A stretch of DNA of 64,000 nt from a virus. Of this stretch, positions 38,482 to 48,013 are shown piece by piece. A program made the translations under genes and the position numbers. Every line of letters starts with the position of its first letter. Within the stretch, counting starts at the first letter, position 1. The stretch lies in IMG/VR virus record IMGVR_UViG_3300045988_119396. One strand, written 5' to 3'. A model generated the notes under the pieces. That model was not told the DNA's origin. It saw nothing but the letters and a program-made list of their open reading frames with translations, and searched no databases.

Positions 38482-38569
38482 AACTAATCTGCACAGGAGG
38501 ATTAGTTTCAGAAGATTGTTAAACAATGAGGTAAGACTCAAGGCTATGCTTAATGTGTAGCCTTTTTGT
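38482..38569 (+). ncRNA. array unit 4 short RNA
   Basis: TGgTATAAT at 38467-75; core AGGAGGATTAGTTTCAGAAGATTGTTAAA; terminator GGCTAtgcttaatgtgTAGCC plus TTTTTGTAT. Confidence 0.45.
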
Positions 38570-38605
38570 ATGGTATTGCCTCCATATACATGGTATAATA
38601 TAGAT

Positions 38606-38696
38606 ACTGAAATGCCTCATAGGAGGATTAAGTTTCAGAGGAATGTTAAATTGAGTTAAAACTCGTAGTCCCACAGCAGTGTGGGGCTTTTTATTT
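38606..38696 (+). ncRNA. array unit 5 short RNA
   Basis: TGgTATAAT at 38591-99; core AGGAGGATTAAGTTTCAGAGGAATGTTAAA; terminator CCCACAgcagTGTGGG plus GCTTTTTATTT. Confidence 0.45.
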
Positions 38697-38977
38697 ACAA
38701 ATAATGGTAGCGGTGTTATAATAAAACCATAGTAAATATAGTATAAATCCATAATCTTGTTTTGTGAGATTACTTGAGCGAGCCTTTCACTGATGTTTGG
38801 GCCATCCCCTTTCCTATTTTTTGTTATATTTTTCTCAGCTATTTAGTGTTATAATATAGTTGTAATGATGACAAGGAGTAACAGTTCCTTACTTTGTGGC
38901 TTGAACAGAACAACCACATGTATGACGATTTGGGCGGGACTTAGTTCCGTCCTTTTGTTTATTTAGAGGTGATTTAA

Positions 38978-39316
38978 ATGGAATATATGAGCGAAATCAA
39001 CAAAGATATTGTTAATCAAGGCAATGATTATAATGTAAATTGGTATGTCACACGCAATAATTTTGGCAGCTTTAATGGATACGCTGAACTACCAGGTGAC
39101 TGGCATGATGGTGATGAAGATGACTTGCTAGTGCATGGTGGAGTAACATTTCGTGGCAAGTTAAATGGTGTAGAAGTGATAGGATTTGACACAACAGATG
39201 AGTTAGACTATGACATGAGATGGTCTTTGAATGAGATAGTGCGTGAAACCAAAGAGAGATTAGTACGTGGGGTATACGATAGCATAACATATAGAAGAAG
39301 CCAAAAGGCTAGGTAA
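38978..39316 (+). CDS. hypothetical acidic protein
   Basis: RBS AGAGGTGATTTAA; track ORF. Confidence 0.45.
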   Translation: MEYMSEINKDIVNQGNDYNVNWYVTRNNFGSFNGYAELPGDWHDGDEDDLLVHGGVTFRGKLNGVEVIGFDTTDELDYDMRWSLNEIVRETKERLVRGVYDSITYRRSQKAR

Positions 39317-39323
39317 GACAAAT

Positions 39324-39356
39324 AAGACCCGCACCGTAATAGTGTAGGTCTTTTAT
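39324..39356 (+). terminator. rho-independent terminator AAGACC...GGTCTT plus TTTATT
   Basis: Stem-loop then T-run. Confidence 0.5.
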
Positions 39357-39604
39357 TGTATTATCAACTTATTTTATTTGTCTAGTTTACATAAGATACG
39401 TTATCGAAAGTATAACAAAATTGGAAAATACATAAAAATTTATATGATAGCAATCATATAATTAGATGTCGCATACACGCATTTTAAGGTGTATTTGTGA
39501 TGGTTTATCTGTTTAATGTTCTGAACTCATGCTTAGAATGTGTCTGTCAGCACCCAAACATACTAAAATAAGGTATTAACCCACTACGAGCCAATACCTT
39601 ATAC

Positions 39605-40270
39605 TTATTTACTACTTGCTTTCGCTATTCTACCAACGATTTCTTCGACTGGTGTGTTTTTGTTGTCAACATCTTTCATAACAGCAGTCTTTAACCTACC
39701 CAACTTCCAATGAAATCTACATAGTGATGTATATTCTTCATCACCTATTACAACTTGTTCACCATCAGTTACCTGCTTACCATCTACTAGCCTTGCATTC
39801 ATTGTGGCTTTACGTTGGCATGTTGGATTAGCACAAACTGTTTTGATTTCTTCTAGCTTATCTGCATACTTTAATAACGCTTCTGACCCCTCGAATAATT
39901 CACCACGAAAATCAGTCTTTAAGCCATAACAGATAACTGGCATATTATAATAATCTACTATTCTGCAAAGGTCATGCACGTTACTCTTTGACAAGAACTG
40001 TGCCTCATCAACTAAAACACAGCTAGGTTTATCTTTATCTTGAGCATTCTTGTATATCACATCTACTAGATTATCATCTGCATTGATAGCAATAGCGTCT
40101 TCTGATAAACCAATACGACTAGCAACCGTTCCAACACCATCACGTGTATCTAAGGCACTTGTCATAATAATGACTTCTTTACCTTGTTCTCTATAATTAT
40201 GAGCTGTTTTGAGTAATTCAATACTCTTGCCACTGTTCATAGTTCCATATTTAAAGAATAGTTGAGCCAT
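39605..40270 (-). CDS. tdk: thymidine kinase
   Basis: P-loop GTMNSGKS; DEAQF; C-terminal zinc ribbon CANPTC...CRFH. Confidence 0.85.
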   Translation of the reverse strand: MAQLFFKYGTMNSGKSIELLKTAHNYREQGKEVIIMTSALDTRDGVGTVASRIGLSEDAIAINADDNLVDVIYKNAQDKDKPSCVLVDEAQFLSKSNVHDLCRIVDYYNMPVICYGLKTDFRGELFEGSEALLKYADKLEEIKTVCANPTCQRKATMNARLVDGKQVTDGEQVVIGDEEYTSLCRFHWKLGRLKTAVMKDVDNKNTPVEEIVGRIAKASSK

Positions 40271-40611
40271 TATTCTTCCTCCTTACTTGCAAGGAGCTTG
40301 TCCATTTCATCTTTTTCAATACGTACAATACGTGTATCTTTTTCAACCCATTCTTCAAATTCCTTACGTTTGAAACCAGAATGAGAACGGAAACGATTAT
40401 CTCCGTCCACTTCATCAAAACGTGAAGCGTCAAATACAATAACTGTACGTGATGTTTGTTCAAATACAGGATATAAGAAGTCTGCTACGAATACTAACCC
40501 ATCATAGCTCTTAGGCAAACCTGTATCTTCATCATACTTAATGTTTTCGTAAATATCTTCTTTTGGATAAATGTAATATAAAATCTTGTAATCGTTGTTT
40601 TCTTCTGTCAT
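40270..40611 (-). CDS. hypothetical protein
   Basis: Overlaps the tdk start, consistent with coupling. Confidence 0.45.
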   Translation of the reverse strand: MTEENNDYKILYYIYPKEDIYENIKYDEDTGLPKSYDGLVFVADFLYPVFEQTSRTVIVFDASRFDEVDGDNRFRSHSGFKRKEFEEWVEKDTRIVRIEKDEMDKLLASKEEE

Positions 40612-40625
40612 TAATTCATCTCGCT

Positions 40626-41159
40626 TTATATATTATTTGGTTTAATAGGCTTAAAACCTATTTCTGTTGCATACTTTGTCGTTCTTGTTGGGTCTGACAA
40701 TGGATAATCATCTTTAACTCTCGTCACAAAATCTATTCTACGGTCACCTATCACAGCTACATGACCTTTGTCATTTAAGTATTCTAATGCCATCAACTTG
40801 TTTGCTCTAGCAATATCACTATAATCAATATCCCAGCCAAACAGATATGGTGCGTGAGAGTAGATGATATATAAGGCTTTCAAAGATATTTCGTACAAAA
40901 CCTTATTATCACGTCTCCCTTGTTTTCCATGAGGATACAAAATCCTTACTTTATCTAAAGGTTCACCATTGAGAGTAATATCCCTATAAATGTAAATACA
41001 TATCTTTTCCGTCCCAGAACCATAATAAAACCATAATAAATCGCAGTATTTTGTTATTTCATTTGCGTCACCAGTTTTAATGTTAATTCCTTCACCGAAA
41101 TATTCTTTTAAACCTTGTACAATCGCAGCTAGAGTTTCGTTATCAATACGTTTGCCCAT
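40626..41159 (-). CDS. hypothetical protein
   Basis: Track ORF, 177 aa. Confidence 0.45.
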   Translation of the reverse strand: MGKRIDNETLAAIVQGLKEYFGEGINIKTGDANEITKYCDLLWFYYGSGTEKICIYIYRDITLNGEPLDKVRILYPHGKQGRRDNKVLYEISLKALYIIYSHAPYLFGWDIDYSDIARANKLMALEYLNDKGHVAVIGDRRIDFVTRVKDDYPLSDPTRTTKYATEIGFKPIKPNNI

Positions 41160-41403
41160 ATTAGAATCCTAACTTGAATGCTGCGTTGAGAATATCAACT
41201 GTCTTAGCATTTTGTAACTTAACTCGACTACCATTTGCTAATGTAATTGTGTTAATTCCTTTTGATTTCATAAATTTCTTTACTTGTGCCTTTAAACCTT
41301 GCATTTTATTTTCTCCATTCTTTTATGTTTCTTTGTATAATAAAAATCAGCTATCGCTGCTGACATGTTTTTTTCTTTTGTATTATTTTAGAGTTGCAAT
41401 GGA

Positions 41404-41712
41404 TTAATTAAGAATTCTATTCCATTCTATTTCAGTGTACACACGAACCATCTTACGAACCTTGTAGGGTTGCTCATATTCATATGAGTTAGTAGATTGA
41501 TTATATGTTCCTGTAATATCAAAAGCATAGCCATAATCTTGATTGGCAAAATTAGGGACGACAATGATTTCATAATCATTATCTTCTATGCTAGAGATTA
41601 ACGGGCTGTTATCCAGTTCACCGTCATAATAAGCATTTACAATGTATTGCTTATCTGAACTGTTTAGCTCTTTTCCTTTATGCAACTTATTAAATATCTT
41701 CTCTAAACTCAT
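41404..41712 (-). CDS. hypothetical protein
   Basis: Track ORF. Confidence 0.4.
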   Translation of the reverse strand: MSLEKIFNKLHKGKELNSSDKQYIVNAYYDGELDNSPLISSIEDNDYEIIVVPNFANQDYGYAFDITGTYNQSTNSYEYEQPYKVRKMVRVYTEIEWNRILN

Positions 41713-42191
41713 TAAAAGTCGAAATCCTTTTCCTTTACCTTTTCTTCGTTAGCGTCTTTCACAACCTTTTTCCACATTAATTTCATAAAGTGGTCGCCCA
41801 ACTTATCTTCGTCAATTTCACTACCATTCTTTTCCATATAGTCTTGAATAATAGCTGTATATAAACGGTCATTAATTATTTTTGCTGTTTCTTTATCCCC
41901 GTTTTCAGTATCAAAGTTGAGTACATCATCAATGGCTTGGTTTACATCAATATGTTCTCGATATTTTAATGGAACTTTTACGTCCTTTTCATCTTCTGTA
42001 TCATCATCTTCAACCATTTGACTGTCTACTGCATATCCAGCAATCTTTTCTAGGTCAAACATAGCATGACGTTTCTTGCCCACTGTTTGTCCATAATAAT
42101 CAAATTCTAAAATCACATCACCATCAACGTTTTCTACGTCAATGAAGTGGTATGTAGCACCATTTTGTAAAAATACTGTTAATTCAGCCAC
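41712..42191 (-). CDS. hypothetical acidic protein
   Basis: Track ORF. Confidence 0.45.
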   Translation of the reverse strand: MAELTVFLQNGATYHFIDVENVDGDVILEFDYYGQTVGKKRHAMFDLEKIAGYAVDSQMVEDDDTEDEKDVKVPLKYREHIDVNQAIDDVLNFDTENGDKETAKIINDRLYTAIIQDYMEKNGSEIDEDKLGDHFMKLMWKKVVKDANEEKVKEKDFDF

Positions 42192-42543
42192 TTTAATTCC
42201 TTCTTTCTATTTTTTGATTAATAACCCCATTGAGTACTCGAAACTCACGTCTAACCACCTAGCAGCAACGATAGGTTATAGAATAGGGTTTTGCATTTGC
42301 TCCACCTACGATACGAAGATATTACGAAGATGTTAGTAGTTTATGAAATTAGACGGGCTAAATAATTGTACAACGCACCGCCTTTCCATAATTTTAGTTT
42401 GATGTGTAGGTGGAGTAATAACAGAATTGTACCTACTGATAAGTTATTTAGTTTTTATTTTGGTAGTTTCCTACCTATAACCCAACAGCCTTTTACAACT
42501 GTTAGGTTTACAATTCTAGTCAGTATCGCAAAGTATAATCGAC

Positions 42544-42774
42544 TTATTCACTTATTGGGAAATACGTTCCTTCATGTAATTGATACTCTTCAACTTTAAT
42601 CGAGTTTGGAAAATATTCTGTTTCTCTAGCTCGTTCAATTTGCTCAGCTACTTCATCAGCATGTTTCTTTGTTGTGTAGATACCAATTATATGTTGAACA
42701 ATTTCTGTTCTAGTGTGATATATCTCAGTTTGGGTAAAATGTTTGATACCAGTAACTATGAAGATTTTATTCAT
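42544..42774 (-). CDS. hypothetical protein
   Basis: Track ORF. Confidence 0.35.
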   Translation of the reverse strand: MNKIFIVTGIKHFTQTEIYHTRTEIVQHIIGIYTTKKHADEVAEQIERARETEYFPNSIKVEEYQLHEGTYFPISE

Positions 42775-43321
42775 TTAAATCTTCCTCTTTAACAAATACA
42801 CCATTAATCATTTTCCCTTTTCGGTCTTTGATTTCGTTGTATGCCATTTCCAAAGTTTCTTCCAGGCTAGTGCCATATTCTTTAGCAATGTCATGTAGGC
42901 ATACCATAGTGCGTTCTACTGAAAGATGTTCAAGTTTTTTAGTTCTTTTTCTATTGTATGCACTAATAATTCGTGAACTACTGTGAACCAAATGATAAAC
43001 CAAATTGTTGACATCAAAACTACCTCTATCCTTTGATTCTTGTGCAAGGTCATCGTATTCAGTCCAGAAGTCACCTTCTTGTTCTACTTGTTTCTTGAGG
43101 TCGATACCACGAATTAAACAATAGATGATTAATGTGACTTGGTAATCTCCTAAGCTATCTTTTACACCAGAGTCGCCATTAATATTATTAGCCATCATGG
43201 CAAGCAATAATTCCCCTTGTTCTTCAATTAATTTTGTGTATTGAGTACGTGCCTCAACAGTATCTAAATTTCTATCCTTAGCCCATTGTTCCACGTTACC
43301 AAGTAATTTTAAGTATTCCAT
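42767..43321 (-). CDS. MazG-like nucleotide pyrophosphohydrolase
   Basis: QWAKDRNL...YTKLIEEQGELLLAMMANN is a typical MazG/NTP-PPase helix pair. Confidence 0.5.
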   Translation of the reverse strand: MEYLKLLGNVEQWAKDRNLDTVEARTQYTKLIEEQGELLLAMMANNINGDSGVKDSLGDYQVTLIIYCLIRGIDLKKQVEQEGDFWTEYDDLAQESKDRGSFDVNNLVYHLVHSSSRIISAYNRKRTKKLEHLSVERTMVCLHDIAKEYGTSLEETLEMAYNEIKDRKGKMINGVFVKEEDLNE

Positions 43322-43324
43322 TGT

Positions 43325-43729
43325 CTACACCTCTAAAATGATTTCTTCTGTTTCTTGTTCAGCCTTAATAATAAGCTTATTCTTACCTCTTAATTCATCA
43401 ACAAAATCTCTAAACTCATCTACTGAATTAAATTCCAACAGTTTATTGTTGTCTAAGACAACCGTTGGAGCATCAATCATATCACTACGTGTCTTTAATT
43501 CAGTTACGTATGTTACAGGTACAGAACCTTTGATTTTTACACGTAAAGCAAAAGCTCTCACATTATCGTTTTGTTTGTCTGTAAACATCGCATGAATTGA
43601 TTTGATTACATCGCCCCTAACACCATAAGATGAAGGGTTATAACCATATTCAGCTGCAATGTCTAAGACTTGGTTGTACCTGTCTAATAATTCCTTACGT
43701 ACTTCTAACTTAAATGATGTCATTGTCAT
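43325..43729 (-). CDS. hypothetical protein
   Basis: Track ORF. Confidence 0.4.
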   Translation of the reverse strand: MTMTSFKLEVRKELLDRYNQVLDIAAEYGYNPSSYGVRGDVIKSIHAMFTDKQNDNVRAFALRVKIKGSVPVTYVTELKTRSDMIDAPTVVLDNNKLLEFNSVDEFRDFVDELRGKNKLIIKAEQETEEIILEV

Positions 43730-44408
43730 TTACCTCGTTTTCATCTGCCCAGATTACATTCAATTCTTGTGCAAATTCATCTGTCTTAGGAAGTTCAATT
43801 ACTTCTGAAAACCTCAAATAATCAGATGTATTGTTGCGAATGAAGTAAGCATGAGTAGCCTTACGAGTTAAACTATCACATTGAATAGCAACACCGTTCA
43901 TACCACGAATAGCCATATTAAAGATTAAGAATGGCATTGCTCGGTCTGATAGTTCTTCTACTTGATACCAGTAAGCACGAGGGTTATAAGTCATAACTGG
44001 TGATGTAAGTAATTGTACAAGTGATTGACGACTTGCTACTGGTTTATATGTTCTATCTTTTTGCCATTTAGCAATTAAGATACTACCCGTACCAGCAGCT
44101 GGTTCATAGTAAATGTTGTCACTCTTGTCTTCTCCGCTAACCAGTGCATTGAGTAAGTTAGCAACGGAGTCTGGAGTAAAATCTTGTTTCTTAGATTTAC
44201 GTTCTGCTTGTTCCTTTTGGAAATACTCTCTGAACCAATCACGACTTACATCTGTTTCTACATTCAAGAAACGCTTAAACATCTCTTCACGTTCCTTATC
44301 ATCTAACATGACGTTCATCACCTTTTGTGGTGTTTTATATGCGTCATTTACCCCTAATAATTCATTAATTTCTTTTACACTAAACTCTTTCATGTTTAGC
44401 ACCTCCAA
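43710..44408 (-). CDS. N6-adenine methyltransferase-like protein lacking a recognisable NPPY motif
   Basis: QDFTPDSVANLLNALV plus EPAAGTGSILI (motif X/I of HsdM-like MTases). No NPPY/DPPY found. Confidence 0.45.
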   Translation of the reverse strand: MEVLNMKEFSVKEINELLGVNDAYKTPQKVMNVMLDDKEREEMFKRFLNVETDVSRDWFREYFQKEQAERKSKKQDFTPDSVANLLNALVSGEDKSDNIYYEPAAGTGSILIAKWQKDRTYKPVASRQSLVQLLTSPVMTYNPRAYWYQVEELSDRAMPFLIFNMAIRGMNGVAIQCDSLTRKATHAYFIRNNTSDYLRFSEVIELPKTDEFAQELNVIWADENEVNDNDII

Positions 44409-44621
44409 GTTTTGTTAAAAAATTCTCGGCACGTATTTAACGGTAGTGCCTATGTCCCATCACGCTCTCAAAAACGTGTGAACTCTCAAATCATGGTTAT
44501 GGGACGGTGTGTTTTTAAGTGACGTAACTTTTAAAACCATGCCTTGTTTTATTAGTTTTCGCAAAGAACAGCTAACTTTGCAACGACCTATCAATCTTTT
44601 ACAATTAATAGACCCAGTGCG

Positions 44622-45134
44622 TTATTGTAAGGCTAACGCAGAACCATGCCCAAAACGTGCCACAACAGCACTACATAATGCCAAGAACAAATCATCAGCA
44701 AATGTATTTACTTTACCATCTTCATTATCAAGTTTCTTAGCCAACCCTAGCTTAACCTTATCACCTAAACCAAAGTTAGAACTTGAGATAGTACCGTATA
44801 GTTGTGTAATGTTAAACGCTAAGGCTTCATCAACACCAAACATACCTAAGTCATTTGCAATGATAGTATGTAACACTGGAGTTAATTTGTTTTCTGCTGC
44901 TAGGTTATCTAGCTCAAACCCAATAGCTAAGATATTAAGCACTTCACGTTTCTTTAACACGTTCTTTAATTCACTACCAAATTGTTCTACTGTAACATCT
45001 GGATAGTACTCATGCTGCAATTCGTAGGCTACTTTACCTACTTCGATTTCATTAATGCCACGCTTGTCTAGCTCTTGCATAACAAAATCATGCAATCCTT
45101 TATCTGGGTACTTTACCCCTTTTGTTGCTACCAA
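44622..45134 (-). CDS. hypothetical protein
   Basis: TTG start after GGAGGTGAAAA; driven by minus-strand copy 6 of the promoter-leader module. Confidence 0.45.
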   Translation of the reverse strand: MVATKGVKYPDKGLHDFVMQELDKRGINEIEVGKVAYELQHEYYPDVTVEQFGSELKNVLKKREVLNILAIGFELDNLAAENKLTPVLHTIIANDLGMFGVDEALAFNITQLYGTISSSNFGLGDKVKLGLAKKLDNEDGKVNTFADDLFLALCSAVVARFGHGSALALQ

Positions 45135-45145
45135 ATTTTCACCTC

Positions 45146-45206
45146 CATTTATTCTCTAAACTTTTAATTACATTTATTATAATATCACACCAAAATAAAA
45201 AGTCAA
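45146..45206 (-). promoter_or_regulatory. promoter TTGACT-N17-TATTATAAT plus leader AAAAGTTTAGAGAATAAATGG (copy 6, minus strand)
   Basis: Reverse complement of 45146-45206 matches the + strand modules. Confidence 0.6.
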
Positions 45207-45265
45207 TACATATTCACAAAAAATGAACATGTTTTGACTTTCTTCTAATTATTTAATTAATAGGT

Positions 45266-45487
45266 TTATTCCATGTCATCCATTATCCAATCGTCTACTG
45301 TATAGCCAGAATGTTTCAAAGCCTCTATACAAGTATATGGATTGGTATTTTTAATCGTTACTGATTGTTCAATACAATATTCGTCTAATCTATCCATTGG
45401 GACAATATCCCCACTTACAGAGTAGTAGAGAATGTCTTCACTTAGGTCTTCACCAAAATAGTCTAGCCCCAAAAAATCACTTGGCAT
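45266..45487 (-). CDS. hypothetical protein
   Basis: Track ORF. Confidence 0.35.
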   Translation of the reverse strand: MPSDFLGLDYFGEDLSEDILYYSVSGDIVPMDRLDEYCIEQSVTIKNTNPYTCIEALKHSGYTVDDWIMDDME

Positions 45488-45738
45488 ATCTGTAAATAAA
45501 TGTTCTATCTCTTCATCTTGTATTGAACATAGGTAGTTTGTATCATCAAAATCTACAAAGTTATCTATGCAATCATCTTCCTTATTCTGTAATGTTATGG
45601 TATACTAAAAACATTAGAGGGAACAAATTACCGCCCTTTAATTCTTAATTTTTATTTTTTGTTAAAAATTCTTTTTAAAGGACAGGAAGTTTACCCGACT
45701 TCCTGTTTTTTGTTTACCATAATTCCTTGATTTTTGTA

Positions 45739-46023
45739 TTATAAAACTAAGTTTTTATTAAGCTCGTTTTGTTGTTCATTATACAATTCGATGAAATCTT
45801 CTAAGTTATTCATATACTTATAAACCTTATCATCAGAAACCATGTTGTCTGGTATAGCTGTGGAATCTGATACAAACTCACTATACTTGATTTGTGGTTC
45901 TTTCTTTAATCTCACTTTTGTTTCATATAAATCAGCCACATCATTGCTAACATAATGATAAACGTATGTATTATTAGCTTGTGGTGAGTATGCTAAGATG
46001 TGTGTGTATTTAATATTAATCAT
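45739..46023 (-). CDS. hypothetical protein
   Basis: Track ORF. Confidence 0.4.
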   Translation of the reverse strand: MINIKYTHILAYSPQANNTYVYHYVSNDVADLYETKVRLKKEPQIKYSEFVSDSTAIPDNMVSDDKVYKYMNNLEDFIELYNEQQNELNKNLVL

Positions 46024-46035
46024 TCCTTCCCGTTA

Positions 46036-46401
46036 TTACCATTCAAAACGGTAGTAATCTATTTGCATTGATATACCATTACTACTCTTAATTTCACGAA
46101 AACGTATTTTATTGCGTTTACAAATTCCCTTTAGTTCTTCAACAACCTCGTAGCGATTAAAGACGTTGTTATTATCCATAATATCTCCAAAACTTTCAAA
46201 AGAATACTCTATGAAAAAATATCCGTCATTAGCCCGTTTAGCGAAATCTTGGCTCATAACACTAAATACATTCTGTGCCAATGCTTTAGTTTCTTCAGTT
46301 TCTTCATTTAACTTATCACGTATTTTGTTCTGGTTCTCTCGTGCTGTTCTTTTTAATTTATCGCCCAATTTCTTGTTGCGTTTACCAAAAAGCCACATCA
46401 A
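46036..46401 (-). CDS. hypothetical protein, paralog of 46405..46980
   Basis: Shared MWF/MMWLF...LGDKL...EN pattern. Confidence 0.45.
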   Translation of the reverse strand: MMWLFGKRNKKLGDKLKRTARENQNKIRDKLNEETEETKALAQNVFSVMSQDFAKRANDGYFFIEYSFESFGDIMDNNNVFNRYEVVEELKGICKRNKIRFREIKSSNGISMQIDYYRFEW

Positions 46402-46404
46402 TTA

Positions 46405-46980
46405 TCACCCCACCAATTTACCCCAAGTGAAGCTAAAAATCTTTCCGCCACCATATTGGTTTGCTGTTTCTAGCTCCATATTATTGCGTTCGCATATTTC
46501 TTTAAAGAACATTTCAAGATATGGTGACTTGTTAATGTGTATGCCATTTTCTTTTACAATCTCATTCATTTCATCAATATCTAAAGTACAAGAAAAATTA
46601 CCTTCCTTTGCGCGCTTTACCATTTCTACCTTTAGCATATCGAATATTCTTTCAATGTCTTTACGTGCTTTATCCATCATTTTATCAAAGCTGTCATTCT
46701 TTTCTTTTTGGTTTTCTTTTGATATTTCTCTTAGCTTATCGCCCAATGTTACCTTATCCTCATTCCGATTTTCCAATTTACGCACCACCATTCGTATCTC
46801 CCAGTCTTTCACAAAATCATACTTACTTGTATCATACTCATTTCCATTGACATCTACGTACGTCTTAGGTTGTGGTTTAGGAGCAGGAGCTGGTCCTTTT
46901 CCTCGTTCTGGTAAGACACCTTTATTACCACCAAAGCTATTATTACCACAAACATGCTTTTGTTCTTTCTTAAACCACAT
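46405..46980 (-). CDS. hypothetical protein
   Basis: Track ORF. Confidence 0.45.
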   Translation of the reverse strand: MWFKKEQKHVCGNNSFGGNKGVLPERGKGPAPAPKPQPKTYVDVNGNEYDTSKYDFVKDWEIRMVVRKLENRNEDKVTLGDKLREISKENQKEKNDSFDKMMDKARKDIERIFDMLKVEMVKRAKEGNFSCTLDIDEMNEIVKENGIHINKSPYLEMFFKEICERNNMELETANQYGGGKIFSFTWGKLVG

Positions 46981-47261
46981 TATTCATCACCTAACTTAAA
47001 TTCTCTATTCACGACATGCTTGTAAGCGTCAAAATACAACTCATTCTTATCTCCATTATAAGTAATCTCGTAATACATACCATCTGTAATTGTGGTAGAG
47101 AGTAGTGCTTTATTGTTTTGCAGCGTTCTATTCAACCAAACTACATACACATCATCTACGGTAATATTCACTGGTGGGTTAATACTGTTCAAGTTCATGT
47201 GTGTATTAGTATAATCAACTACTTTTCCCTTACATAATTCTGCAAATTCTTTATTATCCAT
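46980..47261 (-). CDS. hypothetical protein
   Basis: Track ORF. Confidence 0.4.
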   Translation of the reverse strand: MDNKEFAELCKGKVVDYTNTHMNLNSINPPVNITVDDVYVVWLNRTLQNNKALLSTTITDGMYYEITYNGDKNELYFDAYKHVVNREFKLGDE

Positions 47262-47262
47262 C

Positions 47263-47601
47263 TTATTTTCTCCATTTCACTTCAATGTATGTTGTTCCAT
47301 CTAACTTATACATATTGGCTAAGTATAGATTATTATGATTTTCGATAGCTTCTTTTAACTTGGTAAGCACTGATAATTCAAGTGTTGGTCGGTTCAACTC
47401 ATCAAAACCCGCATATATATTGTCATAGAACAATGTGTTATCTCTGACAACCTTCTCAACGAACTTATCAGATACTGTAACATACGCTTCTTTGTCTTCT
47501 GGCTTAATATCGTAATTTTTTAGACCTTCTATACTTTTATCTATTGTGCGTATGATGTCATATACAAGTCCATCAACTGTTTTATTGTATTTACGTTCCA
47601 T
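47263..47601 (-). CDS. hypothetical protein
   Basis: Track ORF. Confidence 0.4.
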   Translation of the reverse strand: MERKYNKTVDGLVYDIIRTIDKSIEGLKNYDIKPEDKEAYVTVSDKFVEKVVRDNTLFYDNIYAGFDELNRPTLELSVLTKLKEAIENHNNLYLANMYKLDGTTYIEVKWRK

Positions 47602-47602
47602 A

Positions 47603-48013
47603 TCACTTTTCTCCCAATACGTCTTTCATATCTTCTTCCATTTGATTGGTAATTTTTTCTAATCTATCCGTCATATTTTCAACGGACTTACTTGCTGTAT
47701 CGACACGTAATGCAAGCAACTTAAATACTCTCCATGCCCAAATCATGTTATCAATAAGATACATAACCAACTTGATTACTAATAACATTACGACATAAGT
47801 CACAAACAAACCTAATGTACGCCATGAAATTACATTATCTAAGATAAACCATGAATAGTTATTTAAAATCAAATACGAGTTAATTATTATGAAGATAAGT
47901 ACACTCAACCAACTGAATAATTTGGGGTGTTTTTCTTCAAATGTATATAATTCACGTTTACCTTCATCTACAAAATCAAACATTATTTGTCCTCCTACTT
48001 TCTCTTTTCCCAC
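47603..48013 (-). CDS. membrane protein
   Basis: Two to three TM helices. Confidence 0.45.
   Translation of the reverse strand: MGKEKVGGQIMFDFVDEGKRELYTFEEKHPKLFSWLSVLIFIIINSYLILNNYSWFILDNVISWRTLGLFVTYVVMLLVIKLVMYLIDNMIWAWRVFKLLALRVDTASKSVENMTDRLEKITNQMEEDMKDVLGEK

Larger units (their letters stand above)
38100..38975 (+). repeat. tandem array of 7 promoter-short RNA-terminator cassettes (about 110-130 bp each)
   Basis: Extended -10 boxes at 38111, 38244, 38361, 38470, 38594, 38717, 38850. Conserved core (A)GGAGGATTAGTTTCAGAAGAATGTTAAA in units 1-5. Hairpin plus T-run after each unit. Confidence 0.7.

Noticed and set aside
38100-38975. Considered a CRISPR array or a type III (ToxI-like) RNA antitoxin repeat
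   Set aside because: Units are about 120 bp, each with its own promoter and terminator. There is no short direct-repeat/spacer architecture, no cas genes and no toxN-like gene downstream.
44509-46999. Long + strand ORFs 44509..45006 and 46166..46999 opposite minus-strand genes
   Set aside because: These are shadow ORFs with low-complexity Ser/Leu-rich products that fully overlap well-supported minus-strand genes.
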